The position numbers were made by a program, and so were the translations under genes. DNA of 64,000 nucleotides from an uncultured Gammaproteobacteria bacterium. GTDB lineage: Bacteria > Patescibacteriota > Microgenomatia > UBA10105 > UBA927. How positions within the stretch are numbered: the first letter of the stretch is position 1; every line of letters starts with the position of its first letter. The notes under the pieces are model-generated. The model was not told the origin of the DNA. It saw only the letters and a program-made list of their open reading frames with translations, and made no database searches. Below are positions 58,446-64,000 of the stretch, piece after piece. The stretch spans positions 562,107-626,106 of the forward strand of contig CAYGFH010000001.1 of NCBI GenBank assembly GCA_964349125.1, given 5' to 3'.

Positions 58446-61248
58446 GTTGGAAAATTTGATTCGTAAAGTTTAATATTTCAAACTGCATTGATTTATCAAA
58501 TAATCCCAAGATTCCATTTTCATGAATTTTGGTAAATGGCTCCTGAACCAAATCTTTCTTGGTTAGTGATCCATTCTCGATAATAAATGTTTGCAGAGTC
58601 TGTAAAAATTGAATCTGCTTGGAACTTAAGGTATTGTGATCAGCGATGAATTCAGCAAATGCCACTGACACTTTTTCTGGAAAAGTTACTAGGCCACCAA
58701 TCCCCATAATGTATTTAATTAAATCAAGAAATCTAACTTGGCGGGCATCATAGGCTTTTTGAAGGTTTTCTTCGGTTGGATATGGTTCGTATTCAGCGAG
58801 TGTTTGAGCCAACTCATCGATTTCTTCACCAGTAATGCTGTCACCGTTTTTAATCCTTCTTAAAGTATCATTTTCCTCTTCTAATTTTTTGATCAATGCT
58901 TCAACTTTTTCGCGATACTTTTGAATAGTCACACGCTCATTGGCGGGACCAAATTTGATATACATTTTTTCTGAGGTTATATCGCGCAAATCAAAGGCAT
59001 CCTGACTTGGCTTAATACCTTCCTCTCGATACTTCATGAGAGGAGCTATTCGATCAATCAAAACATCAAGGTCGGCATCCGTGGCTTTAGCTAGATATCC
59101 GCTATGTAGCACTTCCTCAATCAAATCCTTTTCGTTGGCAACCACATTAACAGTGAGCGGTAAGTCGGATACCATTTCAATCAACACATTTTCGAGCGCA
59201 CTGACTTTCTTTTCTTGATTGTCAGCTTGAGAAAATTTGGCAATCGAATACTGCATGACTTTTAACTCAAAACTCATTGCCTTGTAGTCCTCACCTGTCC
59301 GCGTTCTCATAAGTGGTGCAATGTCTTTTTGAAGTAATGCGAGTTTGTCTTCATTTAGTCGTGCCCAAAATTGTTCATCGAGCGCATCGAGGGTATTTTT
59401 TGCGTCAAGGATAATCACATTATTTTCAGGCAACTTTTTAACCTCGTCCTTTAGTTTTTGGATGGTTGTTTGAATTAGGACTTCATCACTTAGTGATTGG
59501 GCGACCGAGAGTTTTTCGAGCTTGGTTTCAAATAACCTGACTGGAATCGGTTTGGATTGACGATCAATCTTGCCTTTAGGATTCATTTCAAAATAATCAA
59601 AGTTTTCCCAACAATCCATTATTAAGAACTTATCTTTTTGGGTGCACCAAGGCTTAAGTTTCTTTGGCTCTAATATGCGGGTGCCACGACCAATCATTTG
59701 CCAGAATTTGGTATACGAAAAAACAGGTTTGGCAAAAACAAGATTGACCAATTCTCGAACATCAATTCCGGTATCAAGCATATCAACACTGATGGCGATT
59801 CTTGGGAAATCATTGTTCACAAACTGATCAAGCAAGCCACCTTTACCGTAGACTCGAGAGTCATCTGAAACGATCACTTTAGCAAAATTACCTTTATGTT
59901 CTGGGTATAAGTCATCGAAAATTTCTTGAAGCCGTCTCGCGTGCTTCATGGTCATAGCAAAAATAACGGATTTACCAGGGAGTGTTCCGCTATTATCTTT
60001 TATGGATTCTTCCATGAATTCCTGTACGATCAGTGCATTGGTTCCACGATTCGTGACCTTTTTTTCGAGATCAGTGCCCTCATAGTTTATTTCTTCTGGT
60101 TCTTTTCCGTCTGAAATCAGCCGCTGTTGCTCTGCGAGTGAAATATTAGTTTTTCTAATGCCTTCCTTTTGAAATTTTGTGCGGATTTTGAGTACTTCAA
60201 AGTCACTCAGATACGGCGGTTTGTTGTTGATAGCTTCTTCGTATGAATATGCATATGTCGGCAGACCATCATCACAATTAAATAGACTGAAAGTGTTATG
60301 TTCTACTGCATCTTTTGGCGTAGCCGTTAATCCAAGTTGGACTGTGTCAAAATAATCAAAAATGTTTTTGTAGACGTTATAAATCGAACGGTGACTTTCA
60401 TCAGCTACAATCAAATCAAAGAAGTGTGGACTAAGTGGACAGTCTTTATTCTCAATGATATTTAACATGGTTGGATATGTCGCAGAATAGATACGTCTAT
60501 CTGTTGCGATTTCAGTCTCCCCAATTTTTGGCCAAACTGGGGCATTAGGGATATATTCCTTAAATGCGTCTAGAGCTTGATTACGAAGCGCAATTCGATC
60601 TACAAGAAATAATACTCGTTGAACTCTATTTGTTCTCATTAGAACATCCATCATGGCAGCGCATGTTCTTGTTTTTCCGGTTCCAGTAGCCATAACAAGC
60701 AAGGCTTTTCTTTTACCTTTATCCATGTTTTCAAATACAGAACGGATTGCTTCAATCTGGTATGGGCGACCAGCTATATCACGATTAATTAATTCTTGAG
60801 AAATTGGCTTCTGATTTTTTCTTAAAAAGAGTAGTCGTTCTAAATCTTTTTTGGTGGGGAATCCATAAACTTTTCGAGGCGGGAATTTTTCTGTGTCCCA
60901 GAAATAAATATCATTGCCATTGGTGTAGAAAACAAACGGCATATCTTTGCCAGAATTCTTTTGAATGTTAACTGCATATTGTCTGGCTTGTTCCTGTCCT
61001 ATACGAGCATCCCTTGAAGTTTTTTTTGCCTCTACAACTGCCAAAGGATATCCATCATCACCGAGTAATACATAGTCAGCAAATTGATGTCCTTGATATT
61101 CGGATTGCTGCTCTCTAACTCCTTCAGGCAATCCGATCCATATATCCAATTCTGATGTGACATGAGAAGGATCATCTACATCCCATCCAGATTTCAGTAA
61201 GCGCTTATCAATTATTTCTTTTCTAGTTAATTCTTCACTCTTATACAT
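58438..61248 (-). CDS. hsdR: Type I restriction enzyme R subunit HsdR
   Basis: N-terminal nuclease region and SF2 helicase motifs (LVMATGTGKT, DESH in IVADESHRS). About 936 aa. Overlaps hsdM by 8 nt. Confidence 0.9.
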   Translation of the reverse strand: MYKSEELTRKEIIDKRLLKSGWDVDDPSHVTSELDIWIGLPEGVREQQSEYQGHQFADYVLLGDDGYPLAVVEAKKTSRDARIGQEQARQYAVNIQKNSGKDMPFVFYTNGNDIYFWDTEKFPPRKVYGFPTKKDLERLLFLRKNQKPISQELINRDIAGRPYQIEAIRSVFENMDKGKRKALLVMATGTGKTRTCAAMMDVLMRTNRVQRVLFLVDRIALRNQALDAFKEYIPNAPVWPKIGETEIATDRRIYSATYPTMLNIIENKDCPLSPHFFDLIVADESHRSIYNVYKNIFDYFDTVQLGLTATPKDAVEHNTFSLFNCDDGLPTYAYSYEEAINNKPPYLSDFEVLKIRTKFQKEGIRKTNISLAEQQRLISDGKEPEEINYEGTDLEKKVTNRGTNALIVQEFMEESIKDNSGTLPGKSVIFAMTMKHARRLQEIFDDLYPEHKGNFAKVIVSDDSRVYGKGGLLDQFVNNDFPRIAISVDMLDTGIDVRELVNLVFAKPVFSYTKFWQMIGRGTRILEPKKLKPWCTQKDKFLIMDCWENFDYFEMNPKGKIDRQSKPIPVRLFETKLEKLSVAQSLSDEVLIQTTIQKLKDEVKKLPENNVIILDAKNTLDALDEQFWARLNEDKLALLQKDIAPLMRTRTGEDYKAMSFELKVMQYSIAKFSQADNQEKKVSALENVLIEMVSDLPLTVNVVANEKDLIEEVLHSGYLAKATDADLDVLIDRIAPLMKYREEGIKPSQDAFDLRDITSEKMYIKFGPANERVTIQKYREKVEALIKKLEEENDTLRRIKNGDSITGEEIDELAQTLAEYEPYPTEENLQKAYDARQVRFLDLIKYIMGIGGLVTFPEKVSVAFAEFIADHNTLSSKQIQFLQTLQTFIIENGSLTKKDLVQEPFTKIHENGILGLFDKSMQFEILNFTNQIFQHA

Positions 61249-61289
61249 AATTCAGGGAATAGAATATTAAAATTACTTGACAGACATGA

Positions 61290-61507
61290 CCAAATTATAC
61301 TCCCCTCACGCACAAATTACGATCAGATATGTTATGTATTACCGAAGTTAACGCTCGGCCCATCCGATGATTCAGAACCTCCCATCCTAGCCTCAAATCT
61401 AGCTGTATCACCCACTATTTCCTTGATTTTTATACGCTCGAGCGTGAGAAAATCAAGAGCGCTTCCGATTCACTGGTACGTACTCAACCACCTCGGAGGT
61501 GGAAAGG
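61290..61507. repeat. Copy 1 of a ~220-bp direct repeat immediately upstream of hsdR
   Basis: Near-identical to the copies at 62281-62519 and 63272-63490. Contains the 36-bp imperfect palindrome CTTGATTTTTATACGCTC|GAGCGTGAGAAAATCAAG (61422-61457), a CCACCTCGGAGGTGG palindrome, and a TATAAT on the minus strand pointing at hsdR. Confidence 0.8.
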
Positions 61508-61547
61508 TATGTAATTTTGTTTATGGTTTTTGAACATTAATGGGTAA

Positions 61548-62273
61548 TTATTGGGAATTCTTTGGAAGTAATTCCAACAATGTGCTGGAAATTGTTCCCA
61601 CCTGATCTGAAGTTAGCACCATTGGATTTTCTTGAATTGATCTCAATAGCCATTTGGAACCTATAACCAATACCCCATCGATCGGCTTCATGCCAAAACG
61701 CAACACTGCATACGGACTAGAGAAAACTAAAATTGGCTTAATTCGTGGGGAAACAATATTTTTGTTATGTAAATAATCATCCAATCGGATGGCACTCCCA
61801 CGAGATTGTTTCAAAAAACCTCCTTCAAAAATCCCATGCACATACAGCTTATTGTCGCTATAACATATATTCCCCACATGACTTTTCACTTCCAATGCAA
61901 ATACTCCGGTCGGCCCAATGACAACAAAGTCTATATTCGAGGTCAATGGCGGAATTATTAAATTTTCTATGATCACATATTCATGAGACAATTGAAGGAG
62001 TACAGCTCGAACATCCGCCTCCCCGCCCAAACCTCTTGCCAATCGTCGCAATTTCCATAACGTTCTTTCAATTGGACCACGCATGATGATATAGAAAATT
62101 AATAGCAAGCTTCCTGCGATATTTGAACCAAGATGCGGAAATCCAAATGAGAACAAATACACCCAATATGTAATTATTGCGACAAAGAATATATACACGA
62201 GAAACAGACCATCAGTTTTGTGAGAAAATTTTTGTTCAATAAGATAGATATCTTTACCGTATATCTTTGCCAT
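61548..62273 (-). CDS. NERD (nuclease-related domain) protein with two N-terminal TM helices
   Basis: NERD signature GLGGEADVRAVLLQL...NIDFVVIGPTGVFALEVKSH. Confidence 0.75.
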   Translation of the reverse strand: MAKIYGKDIYLIEQKFSHKTDGLFLVYIFFVAIITYWVYLFSFGFPHLGSNIAGSLLLIFYIIMRGPIERTLWKLRRLARGLGGEADVRAVLLQLSHEYVIIENLIIPPLTSNIDFVVIGPTGVFALEVKSHVGNICYSDNKLYVHGIFEGGFLKQSRGSAIRLDDYLHNKNIVSPRIKPILVFSSPYAVLRFGMKPIDGVLVIGSKWLLRSIQENPMVLTSDQVGTISSTLLELLPKNSQ

Positions 62274-62280
62274 ACTAAAA

Positions 62281-62519
62281 CTATACTCTCCCCATTCACA
62301 AATTACACTTGAGAAAGATCAAGTGTAAACGATCGGATGTGTTATGTATCACCGTAACTCAAACCAGGCCCTTCCGATGAGTTAGAACCGCCCATCCTAG
62401 CCTCAAATCTAGCTGTATCACCCACTATTTCCTTGATTTTTATACGCTCGAGCGTGAGAAAATCAAGAGCGCTCGGGTCCTCGTACTGTGTGATGCTCAC
62501 CTCGAAGGTGGCAAAAGTA
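62281..62519. repeat. Copy 2 of the ~220-bp direct repeat (upstream of the NERD gene), with a 20-bp palindromic insertion CACTTGAGAAAGATCAAGTG
   Basis: The core CCATCCTAGCCTCAAATCTAGCTGTATCACCCACTATTTCCTTGATTTTTATACGCTCGAGCGTGAGAAAATCAAGAGCGCT is identical to copy 1. Confidence 0.8.
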
Positions 62520-63254
62520 TTAGTTTCCGAGTAGTTTGATGATTGCTTCGAAGTGATCTGAACCTAAGTTTTTTTTCGAAAGATAGACGCCCCTGGGATT
62601 CTTATGTTTCACGTAATACGGATAGTCTGTTAATTCCGGAACAGCTTTAATCCAAAATCGTTCCATCCGAGTCATAATCACGTAAGCTTTCTTTTTCATT
62701 AATTCTCTCAGAAGATAAAACGTATAGTTTTGAGATTCAGGATACTGATCAGGATATAGAAGGCGTTTAGATCTATACGGGAAGTATTCCATAAATAATA
62801 CTTTGTTTGCCACATTTTCCCAGTTTAAACCTATATGTTCATGTAATCCTCGGGTATGCATCCAATACCAGCAGCGACTAGCTGTTCCATCTGTATAAAC
62901 CCATTCCCTATATTTTGGTGTCATTGAGTAAATCCCAGGAGTATTTAAATGAAATAAATTCTTATAATCAAGGTCCATAATGTCTTGGTAGTCAGGTCTT
63001 AATGACAATTTTGAATCATGGCCGGGATTTGCCTGTAATACTATAACTTTTGCAGTATGTGGATTACCGAAATATGGAAATGGTATATCCTCTGTATGTA
63101 ATGAATACGTGTCGATAATTTTATTTTTCTTTTCTTCACCTGAATATCTGGAAACGATTTTCTGTAATTTCTTTTGATATTCTAAAACCCACTCCTGATC
63201 AACATCCAAAATATATGGTTGTCGTTTGCTGAGTGTATTCCATGGATTTTCCAT
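62520..63254 (-). CDS. Hypothetical protein (244 aa) between two repeat copies in the defence island
   Basis: ORF with no recognisable motif. Its upstream region carries repeat copy 3. Confidence 0.35.
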   Translation of the reverse strand: MENPWNTLSKRQPYILDVDQEWVLEYQKKLQKIVSRYSGEEKKNKIIDTYSLHTEDIPFPYFGNPHTAKVIVLQANPGHDSKLSLRPDYQDIMDLDYKNLFHLNTPGIYSMTPKYREWVYTDGTASRCWYWMHTRGLHEHIGLNWENVANKVLFMEYFPYRSKRLLYPDQYPESQNYTFYLLRELMKKKAYVIMTRMERFWIKAVPELTDYPYYVKHKNPRGVYLSKKNLGSDHFEAIIKLLGN

Positions 63255-63271
63255 AATTACATTAATTTTCT

Positions 63272-63490
63272 CAAATTATACTCCCCTCACGCACAAATTA
63301 CGATCAGGTGTGATATTTTCACCGAAGTAAACGTTCGGCCCTTCCGATGAGTCAGAACCGCCCATCCTAGCCTCAAATCTAGCTGTATCACACACTATTT
63401 CCTTGATTTTTATACGCTCGAGCGTGAAAAAATCAAGAGCGCTGCGATTCACTGGTACGTACTCAACCACCTCGAAACCGAAAGATGTTT
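63272..63490. repeat. Copy 3 of the ~220-bp direct repeat
   Basis: About 90% identical to copy 1 by eye over its full length. Confidence 0.8.
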
Positions 63491-63517
63491 CAACAAATAC
63501 TAAATCTTTGTTATTTG

Positions 63518-63625
63518 GCCTCGTTTTTGAATGCCACCTCGGAGGTGGAAGATGATCCGCAAGAATTTTAAAATTCACCCCAAATTTAGCCTCGTTTTTT
63601 ACTACCACCTCGGAGGTGGAAGTTG
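63518..63625. repeat. Two 37-bp direct repeats (GCCTCGTTTTTGAATGCCACCTCGGAGGTGGAAGATG and GCCTCGTTTTTTACTACCACCTCGGAGGTGGAAGTTG) separated by a 34-bp spacer. Each contains the CCACCTCGGAGGTGG palindrome.
   Basis: Seen directly. A degenerate third unit lies at about 63465-63488. Confidence 0.6.
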
Positions 63626-63667
63626 AAATAGGATTATCCCTAGACTTACGACAGCGAAGCGATAGGT

Positions 63668-64000
63668 TTACCGTGATAATCTCAAAAGTTCTTGTGTGAG
63701 TGACGTCATGTCCAATATCCTCTTCCCGTCTACTACCTGTGCCGTGGAATACAGCACCCTTCGAATTGCTTCGGGATCTCTTCCTACAACCTGGGCAATT
63801 GCGCAGCACGCGGCAGATACATATGGGGCCGCAGCCGAGTGAGACTCAGGCACGACTCGTTTATATCCACGTACAGGTATTTCTATTTCTCCGGGTGCAT
63901 ATATATCAATTCTCTGCTCGTCATTCGATTCGATAAATTGTCCCTTCTGAGTGATACCTCCCACCACTACTGTGTTGGAAAAGAATCCATAGGAATCATC
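63668..64000 (-). CDS. Subtilisin-like (S8) serine peptidase, C-terminal part; 5' end lies beyond the window
   Basis: The frame is open to the window edge. DIYAPG (subtilisin D-I-V-A-P-G) and the Ser-region SHSAAAPYVSAACCAIAQV (subtilisin GTSMAAPHVAGAAALI). Confidence 0.55.
   Translation of the reverse strand, partial: DDSYGFFSNTVVVGGITQKGQFIESNDEQRIDIYAPGEIEIPVRGYKRVVPESHSAAAPYVSAACCAIAQVVGRDPEAIRRVLYSTAQVVDGKRILDMTSLTQELLRLSR

Noticed and set aside
61290-63490. Integron-like cassette array (each gene followed by an attC-like imperfect palindrome)
   Set aside because: No intI or attI in the window. The palindromes lack the R''/R' core sites RYYYAAC/GTTRRRY. The repeats are far more similar to each other than typical attC sites and carry -10 boxes, which fits a duplicated promoter and operator module better.
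63518-63625. Possible CRISPR array (37-bp repeats with a 34-bp spacer)
   Set aside because: There are only two good units plus one degenerate unit, and they carry 3-4 mismatches. No cas genes are visible. The repeat core is the same palindrome found inside the larger 220-bp repeats. Kept as a generic repeat rather than a CRISPR call.
63276-63809. 177-aa minus-strand ORF from the track
   Set aside because: It runs straight through the 220-bp repeat, the mini repeat array and the 3' end of the S8 protease gene, and has no RBS or domain. Judged spurious.
1-64000. tRNA, rRNA or tmRNA genes
   Set aside because: I scanned for T-loop-like GGTTCGANTCC / GTTCRANYC motifs and found no acceptable cloverleaf context. 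The only near matches lie inside coding regions. No rRNA-like conserved blocks were seen.

Overview
This 64-kb window comes from a low-GC bacterial genome with dense, short, often overlapping genes and no rRNA or tRNA that I could find. The gene content and compactness are compatible with a Patescibacteria/CPR-like or Firmicute-like organism, but that is inference only. The first ~44 kb is mostly core and envelope functions: a MacAB-like efflux system, a class A beta-lactamase-like hydrolase, a glycan-modification cluster (glutamine amidotransferase fused to a WbuX-like amidotransferase, a polysaccharide deacetylase and a NodU-like carbamoyltransferase), a SET-domain protein, an mhqED-like dioxygenase/esterase pair, a GH18 hydrolase, a dnaG-rpoD operon, hflX plus two SPFH (hflKC-like) genes, an aquaporin and an ABC-F ATPase. 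The last ~20 kb is accessory: tandem Fic/Doc toxins, a degenerate, domain-permuted, frameshifted FtsK-like gene, a deletion derivative of a thermonuclease gene, and a defence island. The island is one tightly packed minus-strand operon, hsdR-hsdM-hsdS followed by three extra co-transcribed genes: an HsdS-like fusion with an unknown C-terminal domain, a ThsB-like TIR protein and a small 3-TM protein. Upstream of it lie a NERD nuclease and an unknown gene. hsdR, the NERD gene and the unknown gene are each preceded by a copy of a ~220-bp direct repeat that carries a 36-bp imperfect palindrome and a TATAAT box. Other non-coding signals are a REP/MITE-like intergenic element family (TGTCATTGCGA...GCGGCAATCTC, 4-5 copies), heptanucleotide tandem tracts (CGATTAA)n at three loci, and a promoter / leaderless four-Cys uORF / terminator arrangement upstream of a frameshifted LmbE-family deacetylase gene. 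TetR and ArsR genes each have a perfect operator-like palindrome at their start. All calls rest on motif and domain recognition by eye; no database search was run.
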